Made by a program: the position numbers and the translations under genes. The notes under the pieces are model-generated. The model was not told the origin of the DNA and did no database searches. It was given only the letters and a program-made list of their open reading frames with translations. Source: a phage. Taken from it: a DNA stretch of 27,455 nt. Positions 8,818 through 18,149 of this stretch are shown here, in pieces. Location: the NCBI GenBank assembly GCA_011944185.1, contig GCA_011944185.1_3921.2; one strand, written 5' to 3'. Numbering within the stretch: the first letter of the stretch is position 1; every line of letters starts with the position of its first letter.

Positions 8818-11052
8818 ATGATTAAGACAATTAAAAAATCAAACGGTACAGTAGTAAGCTTTGACCCAGAAAGACTGAATAAATGGGCATCATGGGCAGA
8901 TAAGCGTGGAATTATCTGGTCAGAAGTCACTATGGAAGCTATGAAACGTGTCTACGAAGGTTGCACCACAAAAGAGATGCACCAAGCCATGATTGATGTT
9001 TGTGTTGATAAACAAACTCAAGAGTACTCAGACATGGCTGGACGGCTACTTCTGGGGATTATCTACAAAGAAGCCTTTGGAGGCTTTACTAAGGTTCCTA
9101 CACTGATTACCTTCGTTAAAAATATGGAGAGAGCAGGACTTTGGGAGAAGATGGATTATTCACAGGAAGAGCTTGAATACCTGCAAGGTTACATCGTGCA
9201 CTCAAAAGATATCTCTTACGGTTATGCAGTCTTGAAACAGTTCAGAGACAAGTATGGCATCCGTGATATTAAAACGGGAAGACTTTTTGAGTCACCACAA
9301 TTTATGTTCATGGGTATGGCTATGAAAGCCTTTGAGAAGCAACCAAAGCACCGTAGACTGCAAGATGTTATCAAGCTGTACACTTACCTATCTGACCTGA
9401 AAATTAACGCTCCTACGCCTTATTTAAACGGTTTAAGAGCAACTAAATCAGGCTATGCGTCATGCTGTTTGATTAAGGCAAATGATACTGCTGAATCACT
9501 TGGTATTGCTGCAAAGGTTGCTTATGATATGACTACAAAGCAAGCTGGTATTGGTATGCTGATGGAGACTCGCACTATTGGTGATGGTATCCGTCAAAAT
9601 ACGATTGAGCACATGGGTAAGCTACCTTATTACAAGCTTGTACGTTCATCTGTAGAGGCAAATAAACAGAAGAGTCGTGGTGGTTCAGCTAATAACTTCT
9701 ACACTGCTCTAGACCCGCAGATTGAAGATTTACTGCGTTTGAAGCACCCTACAACGGTTCCTTCTAAACGTATTAATGAGATGGACTACTCATTCGGTAC
9801 AAACGATTATTTCTGGCAGTGTGTTCAGTATGATACAGATTGGTTGCTATTCTCTTACAAAGATGCACCAAAACTCTATGACATGTTCTACACAGCATCT
9901 GCTGATGAGTTTGCTATGGCAGTTGGTCACGCAGTACATTCAGGAGTTAAGCACAGACGAGTCAAGGCTCGTGAAATTGCTAAGCTGTTTATTCAACAGC
10001 GTTATGCTACAGGTCGTGTGTATCCATTCTTCACTAACAATGCAAACACACATACACCATTTAAAGAACCATTGAAGATGTCAAATCTTTGTATGGAAAT
10101 TGTATTGCCAGTGTATGGTTTTGAGAAAGAGACAGACCTTTACAGAGACGATGCTGTGAAAGAGGATGGTGAGGTTGCTCTTTGCTTCCTAACTAGTTTG
10201 GTTGCAGGGAGAATTTCAGAAGATGAATACGCTGACGTTGCTTATTATGCTCTTGCAATGGTTGACTCCGTTATTGACCTTATGGATTATCCGTATCCGT
10301 CGATGCGTAACCATGTTCAGAAGCGTCGTTCTGTTGGGATTGGCCTTACAAATGTGGCTCACTACCTTGCGAAGAACTACGTGAACTACTCTTCACGAGC
10401 AGGTAAAACGAAGCTTCATGAGCTTGCTGAAATGCACTCTTACTACTTACACGAAGCTTCTTTAAGACTTGCTAAAGAACGTGGTGTGCCTGAGTATATG
10501 CAGTTCACTAAGTATCCTGAAGGATGGGTTCCTCCAAAGACAGCTAACAGGAAGATTGATGAGAAGCATGATGCAAAGCTAAGATATGATTGGGATGACT
10601 TAGCACAACGTATCAAAGAGAACGGTGGAATCCGTAACTCTGTATTAGAGGCTTACATGCCTAATGAGAGTTCTTCTCTGGCGACTAATACAACTAACGG
10701 CTTGTACCCAATTCGTGACTTTATTTTAACTAAAAAGTCTGCAACTGGTAACGTACTGTTTATTGTTCCAGATTATGAAGAGTTGAAGTATGTATATGAA
10801 ATTGCTTGGGATATTGATACCTTTGACCTGATTGATTGTTATGCAATTGTTCAAAAGTTCACTGGTCAAGCTATCTCTTCAGACTTCTATGTTGACTATG
10901 CAAAGTCTAAGAAGGTATCATTGGCTCAAGCTCTGAAGTATATGATTTATGCCAACTCGGTAGGTATGAAAACCATGTACTACCTTAACAGTCGCATCGG
11001 TGTAGGTAAGTCTGCACTGCAAGATGCTTATTGCGAGGGCTGTGGTGTTTAG
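8818..11052 (+). CDS. nrdA: ribonucleoside-diphosphate reductase large subunit (class Ia)
   Basis: N-terminal ATP-cone-like segment (IKKSNGTVVSFDPERL); PTPYLNGLRATKSGYASCCLIKANDTAES (active-site Cys region); NLCMEIVLP (Cys-Glu catalytic motif); PNESSSLATNTTNGLYP; C-terminal Cys pair YCEGCGV. These align to my recollection of T4/E. coli NrdA; 744 aa. Confidence 0.9.
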   Translation: MIKTIKKSNGTVVSFDPERLNKWASWADKRGIIWSEVTMEAMKRVYEGCTTKEMHQAMIDVCVDKQTQEYSDMAGRLLLGIIYKEAFGGFTKVPTLITFVKNMERAGLWEKMDYSQEELEYLQGYIVHSKDISYGYAVLKQFRDKYGIRDIKTGRLFESPQFMFMGMAMKAFEKQPKHRRLQDVIKLYTYLSDLKINAPTPYLNGLRATKSGYASCCLIKANDTAESLGIAAKVAYDMTTKQAGIGMLMETRTIGDGIRQNTIEHMGKLPYYKLVRSSVEANKQKSRGGSANNFYTALDPQIEDLLRLKHPTTVPSKRINEMDYSFGTNDYFWQCVQYDTDWLLFSYKDAPKLYDMFYTASADEFAMAVGHAVHSGVKHRRVKAREIAKLFIQQRYATGRVYPFFTNNANTHTPFKEPLKMSNLCMEIVLPVYGFEKETDLYRDDAVKEDGEVALCFLTSLVAGRISEDEYADVAYYALAMVDSVIDLMDYPYPSMRNHVQKRRSVGIGLTNVAHYLAKNYVNYSSRAGKTKLHELAEMHSYYLHEASLRLAKERGVPEYMQFTKYPEGWVPPKTANRKIDEKHDAKLRYDWDDLAQRIKENGGIRNSVLEAYMPNESSSLATNTTNGLYPIRDFILTKKSATGNVLFIVPDYEELKYVYEIAWDIDTFDLIDCYAIVQKFTGQAISSDFYVDYAKSKKVSLAQALKYMIYANSVGMKTMYYLNSRIGVGKSALQDAYCEGCGV

Positions 11053-11107
11053 TTTTAATAACTATGAGGGTCGTAAAAGACCCTCTAAAATTAACTTTGG
11101 AGAGACT

Positions 11108-11365
11108 ATGAAAGACTTAATAGCAAATCACGAGTGGCCTATATACTTGCTCCACAAACCTCGAAAAACGCTGTACTATGTGAGTAGCACAGATATGATG
11201 ATAAAACAAAATGATGACTCATGGGTCGCTGGTGTCTCTTACATCTCTACAGCAGATGGTAAAATCTATGCAAGACCTTATGACATGTTTAATAAAGAAA
11301 ATTGGGAAGTTTTAGACAGAAAACAAGCCTTAGAGATGATAAAGAAAGGAGAAATCACATTATGA
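11108..11365 (+). CDS. hypothetical small protein
   Basis: The ORF track entry 11024..11365 overlaps the nrdA 3' end; first ATG with an RBS (GGAGAGACT) is at 11108. Stop overlaps the nrdB start as ATGA. Confidence 0.45.
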   Translation: MKDLIANHEWPIYLLHKPRKTLYYVSSTDMMIKQNDDSWVAGVSYISTADGKIYARPYDMFNKENWEVLDRKQALEMIKKGEITL

Positions 11366-12435
11366 TTAACCAACACCCAATCTTTTTAGGTGGTGAGAGA
11401 AAGACATTTGACTCACTTAACAAGCACTACCCAAAAATCTTTGAGCTATATAAACAACAAAAAGCGCAAGACTGGTCAGAAGATGAGTTCCCTTTTGAAC
11501 AATCACGTCTTGATTTTGAAAGTGTGCCAGCATCAATGTCAGGTGTAATGCTTGAGATTCTTAAGTGGCAGTGGGAAGCAGATACCCAAGTTGCTAAAAG
11601 TTTAGCGTTTGCTTTTGCACCATTCATCTCTGATGACATTTATGCAACTGCAATTATGAAGCAGTCTGAGATTGAAAACCTACACGCCCTGACTTACTCG
11701 GAGATTGTAAGGCAATGTATTAAAAATCCTGAAACAATCTTAGATGAGATTAACCAGAACATTGCTGTACAAGACCGATTAAAAACTGTGAATCGTGTTC
11801 TTGAAGAATTGCTGGATGAAGGTATAAACTATCGACTGAGTTATGTCCGTGACTCACTTCTGGACAAAGACCCTTTACACTTCCATAAAGTGATTCTGAA
11901 AGGTCTATTTGCAGTGACTGCACTGGAAGGTATATCTTTTATGGCATCCTTTGCATGTACTTTTGCACTTGATGCTCAAGATAAATTTCAGGGTATTGCT
12001 CAAGCTGTTCAGAAAATTATGCTTGATGAAATCCTTCACACTAAAATTGATATTGAAGTTTTAAAAGAAACTTTAAGAGACGATGAGTGGCAAAAAGCTT
12101 TCCAACAAATTCTTCCAGAGATTAAAGTAATCTTAGATGAAGTAGTTGAAAGCGAAGAAAAATGGTCGTATTATATCTTCTCCGAAGGACGTGCTGTAGT
12201 TGGTTTAAATACAAAGCTTCTCCATGAGTGGGTTTACTATAATGCTGCCCCACTGTATGATATGTTTGGCATTCCCAGAGATTTTGTAGCTCCTAAAGAA
12301 CCACCTTTGAAGTATATGATTAAGAAGATGGAAATTGATAAAGAGCAGAATGCTAATCAGGAGCAACAGAACGGCGCGTACTTATTGAATACTGTTGTAG
12401 ATGATTTGAATAGTGGATTTTTAGAGGTTCCTTAA
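11362..12435 (+). CDS. nrdB: ribonucleoside-diphosphate reductase small subunit (class Ia)
   Basis: 357 aa from the ATG at 11362 (RBS AAGGAGAAA). Size and predicted all-helical ferritin-like character fit NrdB, and it lies between nrdA and the redoxin gene. The ORF track start at 11302 is probably an upstream non-ATG extension. Diiron ligands not individually verified. Confidence 0.8.
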   Translation: MINQHPIFLGGERKTFDSLNKHYPKIFELYKQQKAQDWSEDEFPFEQSRLDFESVPASMSGVMLEILKWQWEADTQVAKSLAFAFAPFISDDIYATAIMKQSEIENLHALTYSEIVRQCIKNPETILDEINQNIAVQDRLKTVNRVLEELLDEGINYRLSYVRDSLLDKDPLHFHKVILKGLFAVTALEGISFMASFACTFALDAQDKFQGIAQAVQKIMLDEILHTKIDIEVLKETLRDDEWQKAFQQILPEIKVILDEVVESEEKWSYYIFSEGRAVVGLNTKLLHEWVYYNAAPLYDMFGIPRDFVAPKEPPLKYMIKKMEIDKEQNANQEQQNGAYLLNTVVDDLNSGFLEVP

Positions 12436-12677
12436 TGACTTATGTGATTTACTCCAAAACTGGATGCCCTCAGTGTGAGACTGCAAAGAATTTTGCAAAA
12501 GCTCGTGGTATTGACCATGTTGTGAGAATGTTAGGGCAGGATTATGAACTGTCAGACCTGATGGATATTGCACAGATGCCAGTTCGTCAGATGCCGTTCA
12601 TCATGAAAACTGATGGACAAAACCTAAAACCTGTTGGAACGCTACAGAATTTTATGGCAGAGGTGAATAATGCTTAA
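12435..12677 (+). CDS. nrdH: glutaredoxin-like NrdH/thioredoxin-family redoxin
   Basis: 80-aa protein with CPQC redox motif near the N-terminus (SKTGCPQCETAK), a size typical of NrdH-redoxins; immediately downstream of nrdB (TAATG overlap). Confidence 0.7.
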   Translation: MTYVIYSKTGCPQCETAKNFAKARGIDHVVRMLGQDYELSDLMDIAQMPVRQMPFIMKTDGQNLKPVGTLQNFMAEVNNA

Positions 12678-12876
12678 ACGCCTTTGGGAAGGTTTGGTTG
12701 TTGATGCACCAGCTATTGTGATTGGTATGCTTGTTGTTAACCTATTTACTGATTTTGAACAAGGTTCATTGTTTGGGGCCATGTTACTATGGGTTATCTT
12801 TGAAATATTAGAGATACAGCTAGGCATCACTGAAAAACTGAGAAAACTCGTTTCTAAGTTTTCTAAAAAGATTTAA
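12670..12876 (+). CDS. small hydrophobic (membrane) protein
   Basis: 68 aa with a long hydrophobic stretch (VVDAPAIVIGMLVVNLF...LFGAMLLWVIFEILEI); GAGGTG RBS; overlaps the nrdH stop. Confidence 0.45.
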   Translation: MLKRLWEGLVVDAPAIVIGMLVVNLFTDFEQGSLFGAMLLWVIFEILEIQLGITEKLRKLVSKFSKKI

Positions 12877-12883
12877 AATGAAA

Positions 12884-12905
12884 GGGTCTCTTCGGAGACC
12901 TTTTT
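12884..12905 (+). terminator. Rho-independent terminator (TTCG tetraloop)
   Basis: GGGTCTC-TTCG-GAGACC hairpin followed by TTTTT. Confidence 0.6.
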
Positions 12906-12924
12906 AGCATGTAAAGGGGCAATA

Positions 12925-15069
12925 ATGAACAAAGTACAGATTATTAAAAAGAATGGCTCACTTGAAGAACCTGATATCAAAAAAGTTTTAGCGGCAGTAA
13001 CAAAGTCAGCTAACAGGGTTGGATATAAAGAACTGCCACCAGATGTTACCCAAGCTCTTGAGTCAGCATTCATGAGGATTTTGGTAAAGTCCACTAAGCA
13101 GAATAATTTGCTTATCTCGGTAAATGATATTCACAGTATTGTTGAAGGTGCTTTGGCAGAGGTCAATCACGAGATTTATGAGTCTTACTCAACATACAGA
13201 AATTACCGTAAAGAGGTTGCTCAAAATTGGGACGAACTCTACCAGAAGACTAAAGATACACTCTTCTTAGGTGACCGTGAAAATGCTAACTTTGACAGCA
13301 GTTTAATTTCTACGAAAGGTTCAATTATCCGTGGTTACCTGACTAAAGAAATCTTTAAACAGTATCATCTAACACCAGAGGAACTTGAAGCCATTGAGAA
13401 AGGCTTTATCTATATCCACGATTTGAGAGACCTGATTTTTGGTGGTATTAACTGTTGCCTGTTTGACATTGGTAAAGTACTAAAAGGTGGCTTTGAAATG
13501 TCCGGCATTGAGTACTGTGAACCTAAATCTGTACTGTCAGCGTTGCAGGTTATTGGTGACGTAGTACTTTCAGCAACTGCACAGCAATTTGGTGGTTTTA
13601 CTTTAGCAGAGATTGATAAGGTACTTGTACCGTATGCTAAGAAGTCTCTACGCTATCATGCTGAGAAAGCATCATCTTATGGTATTCCTAAAGAGCATTA
13701 CCACAATTATGTAATGGAGCAGTTACAAATTGAACTGACTCAAGGTTTTCAGTCACTTGAGATGAAACTAAATACCGTACCTTGTAGCCGTGGTGATTTT
13801 GCATTCACAACTTTAACATTTGGTTTACTTGACTCAGATATGTCTAATGAGGATAATCGACTACAATACATGATTGCAAGTACTCTCCTAGATGTTCGTA
13901 TGAATGGACAAGGCAAGAGTAAAAAGCCTGTTGTATTCCCTAAACTGGTTTATATTTATGACCAGAAGAGACATGATGAAAATATCTGTCAAGGTCACCT
14001 GTACAGTAAAGCTATTGAGTGTTGCTCTAAAGCAATGTACCCAGATTTCTTAAGTGTGTCTGGTCATGGTGCTGTAGCAGAGGCTTTTGAGCGTTCTGGT
14101 AAGGTAATTTCACCGATGGGTTGCAGAGCCTTTTTATCTCCATATCTTAATGAGGGTGGAGAAGAGTTCTACGTTGGTCGTGCTAACATTGGTGCTGTAT
14201 CTTTGAACTTACCAATGATTTACCAGTATTCTAAAGAGAATGGTTTAGATTTCTGGAAAGAGCTTGATAAGTACCTAGAGATGATTCGCAACTTCCACAA
14301 GAAACGCTACGAAATGATTGCTAATATGCCAGCAAGTTCTAACCCTCTTGCGTTCACACAAGGTGGTCTGTACAAAGGAACTAAGAAACCTACTGACAAG
14401 GTTGGTTGGGATATTGTGAAGTCCTTCACAGCTTCTTTTGGTGTTACTGCGCTTGATGAGTTGTCTGTTCTTGCTGAAGGTAAACGACTTCATGAAGTTG
14501 GAAGCTATAGTTTTGCATACGATGTTCTGGCATACATCAACATGAAAACTGAAGAGTTTAAAAATGAAGATGGCTTCTTATATGCCGTCTATGGTACTCC
14601 AGCAGAATCACTTTGTGGAACTCAGCTAAAACAGTTCAGAGATATGTTTGGCGTTATCAAAGGTGTTTCTGATAAGGAATACTTTACAAACAGTTTCCAT
14701 ATGAATGTTGCAGCAGACATCTCACCATTTAAGAAGCAGGACTTAGAAGAGCCATTCTTCCATATCTGTAGAGGTGGGAGAATCCAGTATGTCAGGGTAG
14801 CTAACCCAGAAAACTTAACAGCACTTAAAAGCTGTATTACAAGAGGGATGTTGAAAGGTTTCTATCAGGGGCTTAACTTTGACTTAGCAATCTGTGAACA
14901 TTGTGGTAACAGACCAAAGGCTGATGTTGAAGAATGTGAAGTTTGTCACTCACATGATATCTCTGTGATTAACAGGGTGTGTGGGTATCTTGGATGGACT
15001 AAGATTAAAGGTGAATCCCGAATGAACGATGCAAAAATCGCTGAGATTCGTGACAGAGTTTCTATGTAA
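12925..15069 (+). CDS. nrdD: anaerobic ribonucleoside-triphosphate reductase (class III)
   Basis: N-terminal ATP-cone-like segment (IIKKNGSLEEPDIKKV); C-terminal Cys4 zinc ribbon (CEHCGN...CEVCHSHD) followed by the glycyl-radical motif RVCGYLG; 714 aa. Confidence 0.9.
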   Translation: MNKVQIIKKNGSLEEPDIKKVLAAVTKSANRVGYKELPPDVTQALESAFMRILVKSTKQNNLLISVNDIHSIVEGALAEVNHEIYESYSTYRNYRKEVAQNWDELYQKTKDTLFLGDRENANFDSSLISTKGSIIRGYLTKEIFKQYHLTPEELEAIEKGFIYIHDLRDLIFGGINCCLFDIGKVLKGGFEMSGIEYCEPKSVLSALQVIGDVVLSATAQQFGGFTLAEIDKVLVPYAKKSLRYHAEKASSYGIPKEHYHNYVMEQLQIELTQGFQSLEMKLNTVPCSRGDFAFTTLTFGLLDSDMSNEDNRLQYMIASTLLDVRMNGQGKSKKPVVFPKLVYIYDQKRHDENICQGHLYSKAIECCSKAMYPDFLSVSGHGAVAEAFERSGKVISPMGCRAFLSPYLNEGGEEFYVGRANIGAVSLNLPMIYQYSKENGLDFWKELDKYLEMIRNFHKKRYEMIANMPASSNPLAFTQGGLYKGTKKPTDKVGWDIVKSFTASFGVTALDELSVLAEGKRLHEVGSYSFAYDVLAYINMKTEEFKNEDGFLYAVYGTPAESLCGTQLKQFRDMFGVIKGVSDKEYFTNSFHMNVAADISPFKKQDLEEPFFHICRGGRIQYVRVANPENLTALKSCITRGMLKGFYQGLNFDLAICEHCGNRPKADVEECEVCHSHDISVINRVCGYLGWTKIKGESRMNDAKIAEIRDRVSM

Positions 15070-15079
15070 AACTTGACAT

Positions 15080-15120
15080 GGTGGTGTGAGTCTTGATAGG
15101 CTTACATCACCTTTTTTATT
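15080..15120 (+). terminator. Rho-independent terminator
   Basis: 11-bp stem GGTGGTGTGAG / CTTACATCACC (two G-U wobbles) with 10-nt loop, followed by TTTTTTATT; directly after the nrdD stop. A TTGACA hexamer sits just upstream at 15073-15078. Confidence 0.55.
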
Positions 15121-15223
15121 GGATGTTAGATATGGCAGAGAGTATTATTGGGTTGTTCATAGGTTCTGTCTTACTAGGGTTCTTTTTAGGACTCTCTTAT
15201 TGTGAATTAAGAGGCAAGTTAAA

Positions 15224-15424
15224 ATGTTTAAAATATCAAAAGCGTTGATATACATTCTCCACATTCTAATCTTCTTCTTTGGGGTTAGTGTTATGGTATG
15301 GGGTTTTTCAGACCCACAATGGAGTTTCGCATATCAGGGTCAGATGGATTTATGGTCATGCTTCAAACCATTTTTAGGGTTAGTCATAGCATTCAGTGCA
15401 TTGCCAACTAAGGTGAAATTATGA
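15224..15424 (+). CDS. small hydrophobic (membrane) protein
   Basis: 66 aa, hydrophobic (ILHILIFFFGVSVMVWGF; FLGLVIAFSAL); GAGG RBS. Confidence 0.4.
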   Translation: MFKISKALIYILHILIFFFGVSVMVWGFSDPQWSFAYQGQMDLWSCFKPFLGLVIAFSALPTKVKL

Positions 15425-15816
15425 TTAAGTTGAACAAAAAACAGTTAGAGTGGATTAAAGATTATGCCTCAGAGTGTGGCTCTTGCGAAAAGAATCACGT
15501 AAGATATTCAACATTCCATACGACCTTCACATTGTACATCAGCGACAACGTTCTAAGTGATTCCGTAGAAGATGGTGTAGCGTTACCTAATGAATTGCTT
15601 GACAAATTAGCTGTAGTCTCTGGAACTTGGTCTGAAGAAGACGGTCATGAATTATCTAACGATGTTGTCTTCTACACTCTTGAAAACATTATGAATCCAG
15701 AGTACATTATACTAATGACTTGTGCACAAGATTGTGTGCCATTACAAAACTTCATTAAAGAACACTGCGAAGAATTTATTACTAAACAGGTTCCTTGTCA
15801 GGTGGTGTTTGAATGA
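15421..15816 (+). CDS. hypothetical protein
   Basis: 131-aa ORF; AAGGTGAAA RBS; ATGA overlap with the upstream gene. No motif recognised. Confidence 0.5.
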   Translation: MIKLNKKQLEWIKDYASECGSCEKNHVRYSTFHTTFTLYISDNVLSDSVEDGVALPNELLDKLAVVSGTWSEEDGHELSNDVVFYTLENIMNPEYIILMTCAQDCVPLQNFIKEHCEEFITKQVPCQVVFE

Positions 15817-16112
15817 GTAAAACAATTCGAAGAAAAGGTTTAAAGAACGTTCATGGACTCTATGAGTGGAGAAATGAGGTACGTAACAGAGAAAATGCTT
15901 CAGATGTCTACTTCCATTCTGATATGATGTCCAGAAAAGGTGGCTCTTACGACTTCACAAGCCAGCCTTGTAGAGAGATTAAGAAGGCCACTAAACGTCT
16001 TACAAGAACACAAATAAGGCAGCTTTCTAAGACATCCTTCTTAGATGAAGATTTTGATATTGATAGCAAGTCTCCAAAGAAAGCCGCTAAGAACACTTAT
16101 ATGTATTGGTGA
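15813..16112 (+). CDS. hypothetical basic protein
   Basis: 99-aa ORF; start overlaps the upstream stop; Lys/Arg-rich. Confidence 0.45.
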   Translation: MSKTIRRKGLKNVHGLYEWRNEVRNRENASDVYFHSDMMSRKGGSYDFTSQPCREIKKATKRLTRTQIRQLSKTSFLDEDFDIDSKSPKKAAKNTYMYW

Positions 16113-16121
16113 GGTAACTAG

Positions 16122-16607
16122 ATGAATTACATAGAGATTCGACCATTTGACACAGCTAATGGTGAAGGGGTTCGTGTAAGCCTCTTCGTAGCTGGTTGTA
16201 AGCATCACTGTGAAGGTTGCTTTAATAAGGAATCTTGGAAGTTTAATGCTGGTAAAGAGTTCACTTATGCAAACCTTTATGGCATCATTAAGTTAATGGA
16301 TGATAATGCCATCAGTGGGCTGTCAATACTTGGTGGAGAACCTCTGGATGATAGAAACATTCAAGAGGTTACTAACATATGCAAACGTATTAAAACCGTT
16401 TACCCAGAAAAATCTATCTGGCTCTGGACAGGTTTTCAGTTACATGAAAAAATTCACCTTGATGTGATGAAATATGTTGACGTGGTGATTGATGGTAAGT
16501 ATGATTCATCTAAACCAACAGTTAAACCGTATCGTGGTTCAGATAACCAAAACCTCTGGAGAAAAGAGTACGGATGGCAAGGTGATTGTCAGTGGAGAGC
16601 AGAGTGA
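16122..16607 (+). CDS. nrdG: anaerobic ribonucleotide reductase activating protein (radical SAM)
   Basis: CKHHCEGC = CxxxCxxC radical-SAM cluster motif near the N-terminus; 161 aa (T4 NrdG is about 156 aa); sits close to nrdD. Confidence 0.8.
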   Translation: MNYIEIRPFDTANGEGVRVSLFVAGCKHHCEGCFNKESWKFNAGKEFTYANLYGIIKLMDDNAISGLSILGGEPLDDRNIQEVTNICKRIKTVYPEKSIWLWTGFQLHEKIHLDVMKYVDVVIDGKYDSSKPTVKPYRGSDNQNLWRKEYGWQGDCQWRAE

Positions 16608-16689
16608 TTATTCTGGCAAATGGACTAAGGTATAACTCCAATTGGTATCACTGAAGAAGAACTTCATAAGTTCTGTATTAAACTTTAAT

Positions 16690-16713
16690 GAGAGAGAGAG
16701 AGAGAGAGAGAGA
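16690..16713. repeat. (GA)12 dinucleotide microsatellite immediately upstream of a start codon
   Basis: Perfect GAGAGAGAGAGAGAGAGAGAGAGA at 16690-16713; the ATG at 16720 follows 6 nt later. Confidence 0.95.
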
Positions 16714-16719
16714 CTAAAA

Positions 16720-16986
16720 ATGGGAATTTTAGGTAATATGAAAGCTGGATTCTTGAAGGCACTGGCAAAAGCAGCAGCAATTGTTGCTATGACTGGAAAG
16801 CAGGTCGGTGTGGATGCTTCAGCGGTTGCACAGGTTCTTACAAGCCAAATTGAACAGCAGCCTTACATCTATGTAGGCCGTGGCAAAGGTGGTAAGAAAC
16901 AAGCCCACCGTCCGTCTGGTGCAGCAGCTATTAAACGAGCAGCTAAGAAAGCTCGTAACCGTAAACGTAATAAGAAGGCTAGATAA
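16720..16986 (+). CDS. small protein with hydrophobic N-terminus and polybasic C-terminal tail
   Basis: 88 aa from the first ATG; the ORF track starts at a TTG at 16642 and reads through the GA repeat as (ER)n. N-terminal GFLKALAKAAAIVAMTG; C-terminal GGKKQAHRPSGAAAIKRAAKKARNRKRNKKAR. Confidence 0.45.
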   Translation: MGILGNMKAGFLKALAKAAAIVAMTGKQVGVDASAVAQVLTSQIEQQPYIYVGRGKGGKKQAHRPSGAAAIKRAAKKARNRKRNKKAR

Positions 16987-16988
16987 CC

Positions 16989-17300
16989 ATGAGCAAAATC
17001 TATAACACTCGTAAATTACAGATTGCAATCCTGTGCCAGTTTATGGCTGATAAGCACAACTCACACTATTGTGGTACAGGTTTCCTTATGCAAGGTCGTG
17101 GCTACATTAGCTTCAAAGAAGCTGTGAAGATGTACAATGAGCACCCTGAAGATGACAAAGAGTTGAAACAACTGAAGCTTACTTATGACAAGAAGCGTAA
17201 GAAAATTGTATGCTTGAACAACCTTATCAAGCAAACTGAAAACGTTTATGATGCAATTGGTGAAGAGGGTTTCTTAAAAGTCTTGAAAATAGCTCAGTAA
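16989..17300 (+). CDS. hypothetical protein
   Basis: 103-aa ORF followed by a perfect terminator. No motif recognised. Confidence 0.45.
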   Translation: MSKIYNTRKLQIAILCQFMADKHNSHYCGTGFLMQGRGYISFKEAVKMYNEHPEDDKELKQLKLTYDKKRKKIVCLNNLIKQTENVYDAIGEEGFLKVLKIAQ

Positions 17301-17312
17301 ATGTATATGATT

Positions 17313-17341
17313 AGGGAACTGTAAAGGTTCCCTTTTTATTT
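17313..17341 (+). terminator. Rho-independent terminator
   Basis: Perfect AGGGAAC / GTTCCCT stem with 7-nt loop, followed by TTTTTATTTT. Confidence 0.65.
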
Positions 17342-17351
17342 TGGAGATAAT

Positions 17352-17867
17352 ATGTATCTGTCAAATCTGAAACGTTCTGCTGCAATGTCAGTGTTAAGAC
17401 TCAGTTTTGAGGAACGTCAAGAGTTCATTGACTCCCACCAATACGACCCTTCCAACTCCAATCACATGATTCTCTGGAATCGTGAGAGTACTCGTGAAAG
17501 AGCATTATTTCGATATTACCCACACTACACCATAGACAACCTGTATGAATGTTTTGTTGTGAAGAACACCATTACAGTACTCAATAAACTTTGCAGATAC
17601 ACAGGCAGTCAATCCTTCACATTAGGCCACCACAATCCTGTTACAAAAGGTGGTGAACATCACTGTGCAAACTGGTTTATTCAGACTAAAGCTGATAACC
17701 AGAAGCAAGGAGATAGTCTTTTAAGTACCCCTAAGATGACCTATGAAGAGCAAGAGAGATATATCAAAAATAATATGCCAGATGTGCTTGACAACAACTA
17801 TACAGATTTGGCAATATCTCTCCTGTTGAAGTTCGAGATAGTTTATAGGGCAACTTACAATGGCTAA
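17352..17867 (+). CDS. putative HNH (His-Me finger) endonuclease
   Basis: LCRYTGSQSFTLGHHNPVTKGGEHHCANWFIQTKADNQKQGD fits the HNH pattern C..C...HH.P...GG...N...N.K; GGAG RBS. Confidence 0.5.
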   Translation: MYLSNLKRSAAMSVLRLSFEERQEFIDSHQYDPSNSNHMILWNRESTRERALFRYYPHYTIDNLYECFVVKNTITVLNKLCRYTGSQSFTLGHHNPVTKGGEHHCANWFIQTKADNQKQGDSLLSTPKMTYEEQERYIKNNMPDVLDNNYTDLAISLLLKFEIVYRATYNG

Positions 17868-18138
17868 AGAAAAGTGGGAGATTTTACCATTAGTCAGTGA
17901 AGGTGGTAATGGTTGTGAAATGTACATGATACGTGGTCATGTTCCAGAGCCAATTGCACTTGAGATGGTAAACAACTTTACAGATGGTTCTTACAAAGAC
18001 TTAGGCGAACCAACTGTCAAGCAACAATGGGTTAAACCTGTACCAGACAGCACAGGTAACTGTAGTGTACTTTATCACGTTGTAGACCCTGCAAAATGCA
18101 AATCTGCAATGGCAGTAACAAACATAACTTTTGATTGA
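17860..18138 (+). CDS. hypothetical protein
   Basis: 92-aa ORF overlapping the upstream stop. No motif recognised. Confidence 0.45.
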   Translation: MAKEKWEILPLVSEGGNGCEMYMIRGHVPEPIALEMVNNFTDGSYKDLGEPTVKQQWVKPVPDSTGNCSVLYHVVDPAKCKSAMAVTNITFD

Positions 18139-18149
18139 GAGAGAAAACT

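Noticed and set aside
11066-11085. Perfect hairpin GAGGGTC-GTAAAA-GACCCTC after nrdA, considered as a terminator
   Set aside because: It is followed by an A-rich rather than U-rich tract on the plus strand and has no U-tract on the minus strand either, so it is not a canonical intrinsic terminator. It may be an RNA stability or processing element.
8818-15069. Group I introns or inteins in nrdA, nrdB or nrdD (as in T4)
   Set aside because: All three ORFs are continuous with lengths close to bacterial homologues, and conserved motifs occur in the expected order without large insertions.
16690-16713. GA repeat considered as a CRISPR-like or tandem-repeat array
   Set aside because: It is a simple dinucleotide microsatellite with no spacers or repeat-spacer periodicity; no CRISPR array is present anywhere in the window.
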